Assembly: GCA_028534125.1 (NCBI GenBank)
Contig: CM052817.1
Location: 81,780,001-81,844,000, forward strand
DNA: 64,000 bases
Direction of reading: 5' to 3'
From: Lama glama
Lineage: Eukaryota
The notes under the pieces were generated by a model, which worked only from the letters and a program-made list of their open reading frames with translations, had not been told where the DNA came from and ran no database searches. The translations under genes were made by a program, and so were the position numbers. Position 1 is the stretch's first letter. Each line of letters opens with the position of its first letter. Below, one piece after another: positions 14,057 through 27,910 of the stretch.

Positions 14057-15554
14057 CAATAACTTGTATCATACTACACTATTTCTGATGGATCTTTTAG
14101 AATCCATCATTTTTCAAAGATATTTCACTGAAAGTACGTTTATGATCCTTCCATAGTATTGAAGAACACTGATTTTGGGGAAACAAATGCCATGTAAGGA
14201 GTAACATTTATATTTGTATATAAATAAAATGACAATTTTTAAATGAAAATTTCACGTTTTGTTTTGTGTACTTAAAATCGCTTTTTAAAAATTTCAAATT
14301 GGCTGACTGCACAAAAAATAATGCATTTTTTCCTTCCTATTTCTAAAGTCTATTGCTTTTAAGATTATTCAGACAGTGTATTTAGAGACTTCCTAGTTAT
14401 GAAATCTATCGAAAAGACAACAGTGGCCTCTAGTGATGCAAAAACTAAAATAACAGGCTGGAAATCTACATCATCTAAAGGAAAATAAATTTTACATGAT
14501 TTGCTGAAATGTTTAGTCTAATTGATGACAGATTAATATAGTCTTCCACAGAGAGTCCTCTCCCTCAAAAAAATAACTCTTTACACACTGATAAATTAAT
14601 GTACACACTTTTTACCTCAAACAGAAACTGGCATCTTCACTTCTCCTGTCTAGAAGGGACTATAGGTTCATACACAGACAAATTGTACATAATCACAAGA
14701 ATACTCATTTACTCGTCAAGCACATCTGATTAGCAGTAAGTTAGAGCTTGCTTATAAATACTACTGTGGCAGCGGGATTTGGAAACTCACCTAAACTTTG
14801 ATCTATTTATACTTGTTCAGAAAAAACTGTCATGGAGGTCCAATGATTAGCTATATAAATGTTTGTGTAGATTTTAGAGTCAAATGAAATTTTTTTATGA
14901 AATATTACTTTATGATATGTAAACATACACAGATGTATCATGCATGAAAATATACCAGAATCACGTCTACATGCTATATATAGCATGTGGATATGCATAC
15001 ATTATCTTACAGATACATATACCAACATAGGTATAATTATCTCTTGATAGCTATAAGTCACTTTGTGACAGTTAAAAAACACTTCCCAGTTTTCTAAGAA
15101 TTATTCTCTAAGATACCTGTAAGTTAACATTTACTCCTTTAGCAGGAGAATTTCCAAAGGAAAAAATAAATAAAAACCTATGGAGGAGAATAACTATTTG
15201 ATTTATATCCAGTCAAAAATTAGACCAGAACAATAACTAGACTAAACAATAAATCAATATTATCAGTATTTTTAATTTTCTTTTTATTTGTTCCAAAATT
15301 TATTTTCCATTCACTGTTCTTACAAAACTGAATTCTTTCATTTTTTGGAACTTATTTTTTTAGAACAGTAGAATGAAATGGACTGAATGTAGAATCTAAC
15401 CTCTAGCCAGACCTGAGAGGTTTATCTGGCCTGAATTTCGTTTTGATAATTGATATAATAAACATTTATTAGACACATTCTAGAGGACAATACTGTGCTA
15501 GGAACTAAGTAGGTAAATAAAAGATTAAATGGAATATGTTCAGTACGATTGTCT

Positions 15555-15709
15555 TTAACCATCTGGAATGCCTGAACGCACAGTCTGCAGAGGGCCACCC
15601 CCAGAATTTCTGATTCAAGAAGTGGTGGGGCACAAGGTCTTGCGTTACTAACAAGTTCCAGAAAAATGCTGATTTTGCTGTTCTTGGGAAAACACTTCCA
15701 GAACAACTG
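15555..15709. mobile_element. MER5A-like hAT MITE
   Basis: cccccagaatttctgattca...ctaacaagttcca...atgctgat...cacttccagaacaactg. Confidence 0.75.
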
Positions 15710-15969
15710 ATTGAGTGTGTTATACTGTTTGGGCTTAGCAAGGATGTTTTGTAAAATGACGCTAACCCAGACTTGGAGAAGTTAGGGGAAAATCCCCAGA
15801 GGACCTGAATACTGGGTCTCGAAGAATGGTGAACAAAGCCAGGTGAAGCCAGGCAAATTTTTACTGTTGCAGGAGCCCTGTTGCTAGCTGAGCTTTAATA
15901 GACTACCAATCCAGACCAAACCAAGTCTTCTACTGAGTTGGGAATTTTATTCATTTAAAAGGAATAGCA

Positions 15970-16145
15970 GTGAGAGGGGTGGGAAGGGATAAACTGGGAG
16001 TTTGAGATTTGCAGATACTGACTGGTATATATAAAATAGATAAACAAGTTTATACTGTTTAGCACATGGAAATATAGTCAATATCTTGTAGTAGCTCACG
16101 GTGAAAAATAATATGAAAATGAATAATGTATATTCAGAAAAAAAA
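15970..16145 (+). mobile_element. Short LINE-1 3' UTR fragment
   Basis: gggataaactgggagtttgagatttgcagatac...; degenerate TSD aaaaggaatagca / aaaagagtagca. Confidence 0.85.
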
Positions 16146-16599
16146 GAGTAGCATTTATCCTTTGCTGACAACTGCAGTTTCAATGATGTTAAAAGAATGC
16201 ATGATAGACATAAATATAGGAACCCGATCTTACAAGCTTCGGCTAAGCTGGGGTATTTTTGATCTCAAAGAGAATTTAATACTCAACTTCTTCTAAGAGT
16301 TGGCATCTCAAAGGGCTCAATAAGACACTTGAATAGAAATTCGACCTTAAAATAGGAGGCTTTTATATCTCTAAATAATAATTCGCTATGTTTCCTCAAA
16401 CAAAAACAATGATCAAAATAGTAGTATCAATAAATGAATTAAGTCAATAATTTTTTTCATATAGTTGAGCAACATAGTGTGTAGCATATTTTCAAGTCAC
16501 TAAGGCAAAATAGACAGAAACTAATATAAAAGCAAATTTGCAGGATAGTCAAGAACCAGAAAAGACAAAGAAGAGAACTAAGATTGGCAAATTTATTTA

Positions 16600-17450
16600 G
16601 TATATTTCTTGAAGTCTGTTCTTGGCATAGAGCTTCAAAAGCCCTTGGAACTTCCTGTGAGGAGAGCAACAAAGGTGCCTTTTGTTGTGGTAATGAGGTG
16701 ATCTTTGGATCTCATCTAAGGATGGGGGCTGGTTGCCTGGAGAACTAACCTGTGATTAGAGGGTTGGAACTTTCAGTCTCACCTCTTGACCCCTGGGGAG
16801 GGGAGAGGGGCTGCAGGTTAAATTAGGCCAGTGACCAATGATCTAATCAACCACACCTCTGTAATGAAGCCTCCACAAAACCCCCAAAGACAGGGTTTAG
16901 AGAATTTCCAGTTTGGTGAACATACATGGAGATTTGGAGAGTGGCCCACCTGGAAAGAGTATGGAAGCCCTTTCTCTGTACCTGACCCTGGCATCTCTTC
17001 CATTTGACTGTTCCTGAGTTATATGCTTTTATAATAAACCAGTGATCTTAAAAGTAAAACATTTCTCTGAGTTCTGTGACCCACTCTAGAAAATTAATTG
17101 AACCCAAGGAGAGGGTCAAGAGATCGTCTGATTTATAGCCAGTTACTCAGAAGTACTAGGACTTCTGAGTACTAGTACTGGGACTGGCATCTAAAGTCCA
17201 AGGAGGAGGTTATTGGAATCACCGATCTATAGTCAGTCAGGAGTATTGGTAGCAACCTGGGTTTGCTATTGGCATCTGAAGTGGGGGTGGGGAGCATTTT
17301 GTAGGACTAAACCGTGTATCTGGGATCTGATGCTATCTCCAGGTGACAGTGTCAGAATTGAGTTGAATTGTAGGAGACCTGGCTAGTGTCGCACAATCGC
17401 TTGGAGATGTGGGAACCTCCCTCCCCATTAGAATTGGGTGCAGAGTCCTT
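16600..17450 (+). mobile_element. MER21-like LTR
   Basis: ggatgggggctggttgcc...gtgattagagggttggaactttcag; AATAAA near 17033; tandem ggcatctgaagt units. Confidence 0.85.
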
Positions 17451-19412
17451 ACCTTGTTATTCTCATTTAGTCATAGTATCCAATTCTGAGCTTCAGAAAT
17501 GCAACTTCTGAAAGACCAAGGAGAAGGCCAGGCACTGAGTTTAACAATAGCCCAGAAATCCATGTTGCAGGGAACTTGCACTGAACTTTGTTTTGTCTAA
17601 CACTCAGAATCTCTGATTCTTTGAATCACAACTTATCTATTTTCTATCAATTACATATTTTCATTCTTAAATTATTCATAAAATTTCCAATATATTTTAT
17701 TAATGTAAACCTTTTTATTCATACAAAAGTATAATTACATGGAAAATATTAAAGGGAAAGTGACCTTAATATATCAAACATTTCTTAGCCAAAACTAAAA
17801 TCTCTCAATTATTTGAGTGGCTTTGGACAAACGATACCAAAGAAAAACAAAAATAAAAAATGAAATGTTTGGGCATGAATTGTTTATAAATCTGAACAAA
17901 TTAGTTATTGAATAAGGTAAGATGTGGAGTAAATACCCATGCTTAACATCTACTCTTTAATATCCAATAATCCTCACTTTGTTTTAATACTGAGATACTC
18001 AATCTGTTGCATTTTTCTTGAGTTTTTATACAAAAGTTGTTCTAAGGTTTTATAACAGATTTCCATGAATTCATTTGAAGTATGTCTGGAATTTAAGAGT
18101 TATGAAAAGAATATTCTCAAAAAAGGTGGAGACTATATATAGACATTCCTTTTTTTCACTAAGCAAGTCTAGTGTTGTGATGGCAAATGACCCTCCTTCC
18201 TAAAAGATACCCAGGAGACTACTACTGCTAGTTTACAATTGTATCATGTGGTGAACTTTCTAGAAGATCTGGGACAAGAATGATCTCTTTAGAGAAAACA
18301 AAAATACACACACATGTTTAATTTTGAAAATATGGCCTGATTTGACTTATTATTTTATTAAGATACGTGTTGCTTAGAAATCTAACAAGCACAAGTTTAG
18401 TCATTATTCATACACTCTTATCTCGAAAATTATTACAACCTTTTTTTCTAATCTCCAGGAAGCACGTTTCTTTTCATACCTAAGTGAAATAACACTTATT
18501 TTTAAAGACCGTAACAGCATGTAAATTCTTATCTTTTAAAAATTAATTTTCTGTTATTTTTACACTTCAGTATTATGAGGAAATATATCTTAAATTTCTT
18601 CGAGTCTGTAATTTAGGTATGAGATACTAACATCCATCCTAATACTTTATTCTTTATTTGCTGTCAGCCAGCTTGTTTTCAAGCAGCTCTTCTGATTTTC
18701 CAGCACTTAACATAAAAAGTTTAGGCTTCTCCTCAAAATGCATGCATTCCATTATTTATCTAAACCATTATTGAAAGCCTATCTTATGTAAACACATTGG
18801 TGGTGGGATAATGGAGATCTGCAAATATAAACTCCGCCCTTAAGGAACGTCCTATTCATCTAGAACGAAAAGTAAGACATACATAAGTAATTTAGGACTG
18901 TGAAGGGCAGAAATTAATAAATGCTAGACACAAGTATTGATAAAATGCTATGAGAGTTTAAAGGAAGGACAGATAACACCCAGCTGAAAGAATCAAGGAC
19001 AGACTCCTGGAGGCCATGATATTTCAGCCCCAATTCAAAAACAGTGACATTTGCATAAGTAGTTGGAGGAAAGGAAACTCCAGGTAGAGGTGACAGTGTA
19101 ACAAGTGGCAGGAATGAAACAAAAGAAGAAAAAGAGAAGGGAATTACATCCATCTAGTACATGGTGGTTATGGTTTTATATTCACCATTAGCTTGGAATA
19201 ATACAATTTCAACACTAATGGCCACAGCTCTGTAAAAAGGATTCAAGCAGTAGTCAAGAATGCTACATAATCCTGGAGAGACACCTTGGCCCTTTGCCTT
19301 TCCCTCTGCCACTACAACCCCAAATATCTGCTCTGGGACTATCTGCCTTGGGGCTGTCAAGACCTTTTCTCCTCTTGTTACAGATAACCTCTTAATTTGC
19401 AAGTCTGATGGG

Positions 19413-19530
19413 TAGAGTGACCATACAACACAATTTGCCTGAGGCAGTTCCAGTGTATCCTTATCATCTTTGTGTAACTATTATTGGGGTCTCTTTTTAG
19501 TTTTTGATAATAAATTATATGGTCTTGCTA
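19413..19530 (+). mobile_element. MER81-like hAT MITE
   Basis: Terminal inverted repeats tagagtgaccata ... tatggtcttgcta; internal gataataaattatatggtc. Confidence 0.65.
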
Positions 19531-19559
19531 CTCACAGAGTCTATACATCACATTTCCAG

Positions 19560-21690
19560 CCTCGTTTCCCATACCTCCCCAAACTCCCAACCCTCCCTTG
19601 ATACTTTCTGAATTAACCAGTTTCAATTACCTGAAAAACCCCTTCACCCCTTTCTCTGAGTGTTTCTTTTCCTTTCCTGATATAACTGAAACCAGGCTCT
19701 CCCCTGAGTATGTATTTCCACCGAAGCCCTCTCCGTTAGTGTGGTGCTGAAGGCATCTTCTTGTTTCTCATTGTTGCGTCCAGACTCTTCTCCTTTATTC
19801 TTCCCTGAGAACCATCACCAGAGGATATTATGATTTAGGACTAATACAGTAAAACTATTCCTCTTCATTGTAGTCACCTACCAACTTTCGGTTCGTTTCC
19901 TTCTTTCTTTAAAGATTTAATATTTCGTTTCCCTGTACATTTCTACAGTCATAATTCAGGTCGGGAATTGCCCCCAATACTTCATCTCTTAGTTTCTGTC
20001 CTCTCTCCACTGATGCTTTACTCCCCCGACACAAATGCCTCAGCTACACACTTTCTCTTTTTTTTTTTTTAATTTTTTTTTAATTCCAGGACCTTGTACA
20101 TGCTAGGTACACACTCTACCACTGAGCTATACCCTCCACCCACATATTCCCTTAGTCACAACCTAAACTTTGTCACTTTTATTAGCTATAACCTCTCCAT
20201 AGCCAAAATCTTAAGCATCCTAAATTTCAACCCAATCTTCAGCTCACTTTCTGCAGTATCCTGACTCCAATTATTTATTAAACCCACTGGGGCTTTGACA
20301 CTGCCATCTTTCATCATTTCTCACTCACTTCATGTTCCCATGTGCTTCCTATGCAGCTTAAGTCTCATGATCAAGAATTACAATCACTATCTTACTTATA
20401 CCCAGTGCATGCTCTGTTTACTCCATGCCTGTGCATCTATGGTGTTTGGGATAAAGGAAACATACACACACAAATACACACACACACTGACCCGTCCCAG
20501 TTCACGTTTATGACTACTAACTCAGGTTGCCCCTTAACAATATGGTAATCAAGTTGTTTTCCTAATCCACTCACTCTCCTTCTCTCCTAAACAACCACTT
20601 CATATTTACTCCCTATTTCTTACTTTCACCTAATGATCTTGCTTCCTGTTTTGGTGAAACTATCTGAAGCCTCAGAGGAGAACTACTACCATCAAATCTC
20701 TCCACCTGCCTACATCTAGCCACACACACTCACCATCTCTCCTGTGGCTGTAAAAGCACTGTTGATGGTCCAGTTGACAGAAAAAACTCATGTAGTCTCT
20801 GTCCCATTAACTCTCACTACCATTCAAGGGCAATTCTCCTGCAATTCACATTTTCTCCTGCATCATGAAGTTTTCCTTCTCTCTTGAGTCTCTCCATAAT
20901 ATGCCACAACTTCTATCTTTAAAACAAGAACACTAAATAAGACAAAAACAAATCTTCTCAACTCCACTTCCCTCTTCAACAACCACTTCAACTCTTTCAT
21001 ACCTTTTAATACAGTTTTTTGACCAGTATCTATATTCACTTTTTCCAGTCCCTCACCTTCCCTTCTCTTGGAACCCCTGAATCAGGCTTCCACCATTGCC
21101 GTCCTCCTGTAATAGCCCTTGTGAAGGTCTTGAGTGACCTCCTTGATATTGCCAGTCCAACAATCAGTTCTCATTCCCCATCTTACCTGATCTGTCAGCA
21201 GTTTTTGACGTAATTGGTCAAATTGGTCAAAAGTAGGCCACTCTTTTCTCCTCTGAAACACTTTCTTCTCTTAGTTTCCAAGACATAACCCCCTCATGAA
21301 TGTCCTTGCAACTCACTGGCTGTGTTTATTCTCTTCTTCAATGAATAACTAATCTTTTGCTAGGTTTGGAATGGTCCATGCCTTAATATCAAGCTTCTTT
21401 CCTTTTCTTTTCTATCTCCACTCAATTCCTTGGCAATCACGCACTTTTTCTATATGCCAATGACCCCCAACTCTGTGTCTTTTGAGTAGACCTATTCCCT
21501 AAACTCCAGAGCGATGTATCCAATTCTTGACTCAACATCTTCACTTCAGTAAATGTAACGTGTCAAAGAGTGAGCTGCTAATTCCCTCACCTTCAAGACC
21601 TACTCCTCTTTCAAACTAGATCCCATTTCACTGAAAGTCAACTCACTCCATGTTGCTCAGTCAAACTTCAAAATCGTTTTTTGACTTCTG
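19560..21690 (+). mobile_element. LINE-2 ORF2 remnant
   Basis: Pyrimidine-rich L2 body; cctgatctgtcagcagtttttgac (~21186-21209) encodes DLSAVFD, matching the L2/CR1 RT motif LDLSAAFD. Confidence 0.8.
20058..20141 (-). mobile_element. Vic-1-like SINE, short/deleted copy inserted in L2
   Basis: ccaggaccttgtacatgctaggtacacactctaccactgagctataccctcc preceded by a T tract; truncated within the B box. Confidence 0.85.
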
Positions 21691-21702
21691 TCTTTGTATG
21701 TC

Positions 21703-22340
21703 TCTCATTCAACAACTATGTGTACTGTGCACATACAAAGCTAAGCACTGTCTCTTCCATGTGCTGGCGCTACAATAGTGAACAAATCAGACAAAAATTC
21801 TGGTCTCATGGAGCAAAATGCACTAGTGGAGAAAGTCAAAAAATCAACAAAATAAAATTGTAAACTATGTAGCACTTTATAGTGTTACTGGTAGTGTGGA
21901 GAAAAACTACTGAGGGTGAGGGATGAAGGGTGTAATGGGTGTAACTTGAAATTTTAAATAGAATGTTATGGAAATTTTCACCAAGAAGGTAACAACTGAG
22001 TATAGATTTAAAAGATGTGAAGGACTGAGGCAAGTGAAAACTTAGGGGAGAACACTCCAGTGTGAAGAAATACTAAGTGCAAATGTTCTGAGTCAAGAGT
22101 GGGCCACACATATTCTTGGAACAGCAAGGAGGCCAGCGTGGCTAGAGCAGTGGGAACTGGAAGCAGTGAGGGTAGTAAGTCATCTGAGAGCTAGATCATG
22201 GAGGGACCTACAGGTCCCTGCAAAGACTTCTGTGTTTACAGAGAGAGATAGGCAACTACTGGAGGGTATTGAGCAGAAGAGAGGCATTTCACTTCTCATT
22301 TAACAGAATCACTGTCTCCTCTTCGAGAAGAACCTATGAG
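21703..22340 (-). mobile_element. LINE-2 3' end (L2a-like)
   Basis: Begins ctcattcaacaa and contains tacaatagtgaacaaatcagacaaaaattctggtctcatggagc, the reversed L2 terminus. Confidence 0.85.
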
Positions 22341-22829
22341 GGCAATGGTATAATCAGACAGAAGCATTTTACATCTAAACTTTACATAATTCACTTCATT
22401 AAATTCTAACAACAATTCTTTAGAAGGGATAGTACTTTTCAAGAATCTTCATGAAGGAATACTCAAAATATGTAATAAAGAGTTAGTCACAGGCACTTAC
22501 CACCTGTAAGAGTCACCAGTCTTAACCACCTAACAGTAGCAAGGTGAAGACCAGCCCCATATGGCTGAAAAGGATATGGAGAAAGTATGGCCTCCTAAAC
22601 AAAAGAGACTGGAGCTCCTATTCACTAATACTTTTGAAAATATTTTTCTTGTAGGTCCTTAAAATACATAGTCAACTTCAGCCTATTGCATAAAACTGAG
22701 CTTCCAAAACAATTTGATCATCTCTGGAAGTTTAAATGTCCCATAATATGCTAACAAAAAACTCAATCAGCTCATAAAACAGAGGCAGGGCATTTAGCAA
22801 AATTAGTAATTTTTAAAATTCATCACTTA

Positions 22830-23419
22830 GACTTCCGGGCAAGATGGCAGAGAAGGACGCTTGTAAGTCACCCTCTCCCACAAATACACCAAGACCCACA
22901 TCNNNNNNNNNNNNNNNNNNNNNNNNNNNNNNNNNNNNNNNNNNNNNNNNNNNNNNNNNNNNNNNNNNNNNNNNNNNNNNNNNNNNNNNNNNNNNNNNNN
23001 NNNNNNNNNNNNNNNNNNNNNNNNNNNNNNNNNNNNNNNNNNNNNNNNNNNNNNNNNNNNNNNNNNNNNNNNNNNNNNNNNNNNNNNNNNNNNNNNNNNN
23101 NNNNNNNNNNNNNNNNNNNNNNNNNNNNNNNNNNNNNNNNNNNNNNNNNNNNNNNNNNNNNNNNNNNNNNNNNNNNNNNNNNNNNNNNNNNNNNNNNNNN
23201 NNNNNNNNNNNNNNNNNNNNNNNNNNNNNNNNNNNNNNNNNNNNNNNNNNNNNNNNNNNNNNNNNNNNNNNNNNNNNNNNNNNNNNNNNNNNNNNNNNNN
23301 NNNNNNNNNNNNNNNNNNNNNNNNNNNNNNNNNNNNNNNNNNNNNNNNNNNNNNNNNNNNNNNNNNNNNNNNNNNNNNNNNNNNNNNNNNNNNNNNNNNN
23401 NNAAAATAAAAAATAAAAT
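22830..23419 (+). mobile_element. Young LINE-1 insertion, body unsequenced (gap)
   Basis: TSD aaaattcatcactta at 22815-22829 and 23420-23434; TTTT/AAAA endonuclease site; L1-like 5' terminus gacttccgggCAAGATGGC; A-rich tail after the gap. Confidence 0.85.
22903..23402. other. Assembly gap (500 N)
   Basis: Run of exactly 500 N, a round value that is probably a placeholder. Confidence 1.
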
Positions 23420-23524
23420 AAAATTCATCACTTAAAAGACTATTAAATAAGTATTTAATATTCAGTTTCATTCATTTTTATACTCTATGCTTTTTTTATA
23501 CATATCTTTAAATGTTCGAGTTTT

Positions 23525-23681
23525 CTTCTTTTTTATTTTAAATGTTTTTTTTTCTTTTTTGGGGGGGTAATTAAATTTATTTATTTATTTATTTTTAATT
23601 TCTTTTTTAATGGGGGTACTGGGGATTGAACCCAGGACCTCATGCATGCTAAGCATGACTGAGCTATACCCCAACACCCCC
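23525..23681 (-). mobile_element. Vic-1-like SINE
   Basis: gtactggggattgaacccaggacctcatgcatgctaagcatg-actgagctataccc; ~9-nt deletion in the A-box region. Confidence 0.9.
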
Positions 23682-26600
23682 CATTACATGTTTGAGAATT
23701 TTAACACACACTTCACTATACACCATGATTTTAATTATTTTAGAGAGGAAGGATTGATTCTTTACTGGGTACAATTTCCTTATCTAAATATCATTCCTGT
23801 ATTTTGCTAAAGGGACTGATCTCATCAGCAAAAATAGATGAATACCCCCTTACATTTTAATTGCTTTCTTTGCATCATTCATTAATTAACACATTTTTGC
23901 ACCTAAGTATTAATCACACATTGGTGAATTGCTTACCTTACCAGAAAATTTAAAGCAACATTATCTATACTCTTGCCTGCAAACTGTCTATAAATAGCCA
24001 TACTGCTACAAGCCAAGTACGTGAAGTCAAAGTTTATGATACATTCAATAAGCCTTATTTATTTTTTAAACTTTCTATTATATTGTGATGATTAAAAAAT
24101 ATATTGCATAGCCATCTTCTGTGCAAACATACCTCTATACTTTTTCCCATGCTTGTAACAAAATACAAATGCAGACATGCAGGTGATTTTTTTCTACAGA
24201 AGTGAGACAATACCATTCATGCTAATCTGAAAAATTATTTTTCCCCTTACATAATTTATCACAGTCAACACTTATAAATCTAACCTAATATTTTAAATAG
24301 AAGCTGAACATTTTCTATGGACATCTAGATAATTCCTGTTTAAAATTTATTTATAGGTTCTCAAAAACTTATTTGCAATTCCAAAATTAATCTTTTTTCT
24401 GTCATTTTTTCTGATCCGAAGCAATATGAGGCTATTTATAATCTTTAACATACTTAATCTGAATATTCATACATTTTGCTGCAGAAATATAAATGTGTTT
24501 GATTATGAGGGGCTGCCCTAGCCCTTCAGTGATAAATAATATATGGACTAGCCTTCATCCTATTGTTACAAAAATCCCCAAACATCAGAATTCTTTAACA
24601 TGTTTGGCCCCAAGGGTTTTTGTTAATGTTTTGTACATTTGTATAAAGAATGCTGCAATAAATATTCTTTGACCTATCCAATTAAAGACTGGGACTTTTG
24701 CTTTTGTAAATTGGATTTCTAGAAGTGAAATTCCTAGATCATAAAATATGCACCTCTTCAATTCTTAAGTGCCCTAACTTGCTTTCAGAAATGCTGCAAT
24801 TCATACTTCTATCAAATATGTAACATGTTTCAATTTCTCATGGTTTTGCCAGCAAAATATTTTGACAAACTTATAGTATAATAACTTCATAGACTACCAT
24901 AATTTCCATACTTCTATTTCTCATGGTGAACCTGCTTTGCTTGAATTACCACACACAACATATCATAAATAATCCTGACACCCAAGAGACAATTTAAAAG
25001 CGGCAAGTCAGGACTTGTAAAGCCTAGAAGACCACTTGTTTCAGCACTTATGTTACAAAGCATTTTCTTCCAACCATTTCCAACATCGACTCATTACCTC
25101 ATTTTATTTATTTTTATGCCCTGGGTTACCATCTTTTTTATGCTGTTGTCTGTTAACTGTGAAACTTAGTAATAACCCATATTAGTCTGTTATTCTCTTT
25201 TTCCCTCCTACGTCTCTTCCTCCTTCATTTCTGTTTCATTTGGAGATTACTCTTCTTCCAAATGCACCGTAACTTTCGATGTTCTCTGTTCGCTCCTCCG
25301 ATGTTCTCCATTTGTGAGCATTTTCACTTACTAATACTTCCACACTTATCTCTCTAGACTAAAGCATTCCCCTTGTTTCTCACACATGTTGCTACAGGAT
25401 GTGCAGGAGAGTATGTGTGCTATATACTCCACTGGCTCCCACAGGCATTTCATACCCCCTCTGCCTCTGTTTCACATCTTAGGTACTCTGGGAGCTAGCA
25501 CTGCCTGGCATTCAGTGAACTGAAGGCATGTTTCATAAATGCATGAATGAAAAACAATAGTGCTTTACATTTCTATAAAACTTTTCACAGTCGTTGTTCA
25601 ACATTAAAACACAATCACAATAATTCTTTGATAAAGGCAGAATAATTTCAAAGATGTTAAGCAGCTGGAAAAAAGATATGACTCAAATGTGATAGAATCA
25701 GGGATAAAATCAAGTTTTCCAGTTTTAAATCTACCTCTGTTTCATCTTGTGGGTTTTTAACTGAAAGACCCTTATTTTATTCAACTTTATAAATTATACA
25801 TTGATTTTATTTGGTTGCCCTTAGCTTGAACACATTGTAAAAATATAAAACCATGAGAAAACACTAAATAGACTGAGAGCAGGCAGTTAAAGTGGAACAC
25901 TTAAAAGTACTACCTGTAATGTGTAAACAAAGAAGATGTATTAATATAAGCATGCATTCTAACTCCTATTTTTCTTGACTTACAACCATTTCACTGAAAA
26001 TCAGACGGCAATGGCAAAAATTTCCCTCTGAGTAAGAAGAGGATGCCTTCCGTCTGCCTGTGTAGTATCTAATGGTTATGTGCATATAAGGAGATGGATT
26101 TGATTTTTCAGAGTATGTTTTATTGTATGCAGCGTGAGACTGCAGAGAAATACTGCTTCATTTTTCTGACTAGCATATATGAATCAGAATCAGTCTTTGA
26201 ATTTTTTCAAAGAGGTCAAAATTAATCCAAAGGTGCAACCTTTCCTTGTTTTGTAATATTCTTGAAAGTGTGTGACCAGCAGACATTACCGAGCCTGTTT
26301 CTACTCGTCGGAACACTGCAGTCACCAGTTGTTTCTCACTTCTTCGCTGCACGGGCAGAACAGAATTTTCCCACGCTGAGTTTCTTCAGATGACTCAGTA
26401 AATCTTTCAGCTCCTCAGTAAAGCTCTTGCCACAGCACCCCCTTCCCAGCATGTACAGAATGCACACCTGTGGTGCATACATGCTGGGATTCGATCAAGA
26501 AGCTGACTATGGCTCTGTGCCTGCTTTGTGTTTTATAGTCACAAAACATGTTGGGCAAAGCCATTATTCTGCAGACCTTTTACCTGCCTGGAGTGTCATG

Positions 26601-26745
26601 CCACTTCTGAGATCACTGGGGCTCCAGAGCACTCTCTGGCCTTTTGAACTCTGGCTTCCTCTCTGCTTCCTCCGGATCATTGTTTCTCAGTGCATTTTTC
26701 GAGATATTGCTTATTAATGGGCTTTTCAAAAGTCAGAGAATTATA

Positions 26746-27038
26746 CAGATCCATAATCCCTTTGCAAATCTAACATAAACTTCCTTGTAGATAAAACCTA
26801 ACCTGACTGAACATGAAGTTTTTCATAACCTTTACTTATTCTATTTAATGTGAGTATGCATTCAGGTCCCTGCAGAAATCTGAATGCGTCTGATTACGGT
26901 TGCCACCCAAGACATAATGGGAAATGCTATAACAGTATACAGAACGTGCGTCATAACACCGTTTCAAAATTAAAAAGAAAATCTGAATTTCAACACACAA
27001 CTAATCCCAAGGGTTTCAAGTGAGGGAATATGGACCTA
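26746..27038. mobile_element. MER96B-like DNA transposon MITE
   Basis: Terminal inverted repeats cagatccataatccct ... agggaatatggaccta; a related fragment lies at ~24470-24620. Confidence 0.6.
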
Positions 27039-27689
27039 TAACTACATGCTGAGTTGCCTCTGTGTTCTAGCCTGGAAAGATTACCATGATATATTAGATG
27101 TTGAAAAGGTTTTAAAAGGTATAGCATAATCCCATTTGTCTTCGTGTCCGTAGGATGTGTGTATACATATAAGTATGAACAGAGAAATGACTAGAAGTGC
27201 ATGTTATTCTATAGTATATTTTGTTGTGTATTGTTTTATACAAATCAAGGCCTTCTTATGCGAGTACATAAAATTTCCTTGAGCATTTGGAGTAGGTTGG
27301 CAGGGGTGCAAGGGAGTAGAGGCTATTATATAATATTCTTCCACTACAAATAAAGTATTTCTAATTCTTCTACTGTTAGCAAAAATATTTATTAAGCACT
27401 TACTGCAAGGCAGACATTGGAATAAGCATTTGCATTGGTTATTTAAAATTCAATAGAATTCTTTGGACTAGGTACTATTGTTATTCACATTTAATTTATA
27501 CCCTTTGTACTTTCTGAATTTCGTAGAGGGGACCAAACATCAGAGGACCTAAAAATTTCCATTTTGACTGCATAGAATTATAAAAAGTGTTAATTATTTT
27601 AAGCTGTATTAAAAAGAGATTTAAATCTTAAATGTAATACATTTTTCTTAGTATATTTACTACAAAATATCCCTAAATAAGAGGAATAA

Positions 27690-27910
27690 GTAGTAATGTT
27701 TAACCAGCTTATAGACTGTTTGGGAAGGAGGGTGGAGGAGGAGAAGGGAAGGGAACGCTGATATGTTGCATTTATTCATTTATGTGGTATAAATATTCTC
27801 ATCACAGTCAGTTTCAAGCTATTCCAACATGACACCGCTGAACATGGAGTTGCCAAGAGATGTGAATAATCGCTCTTGGGACTCAGCACAGCCTGACTCT
27901 AGTCGCCCTC
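27690..27910 (-). mobile_element. MER63A-like hAT MITE
   Basis: tttcaagctattccaacatgacaccgctgaacatggagttgccaagagatgtg matches the recalled consensus in reverse. Confidence 0.65.

Noticed and set aside
22827..23471. Three 187-214 aa ORFs across the gap
   Set aside because: Artefacts of translating N bases.
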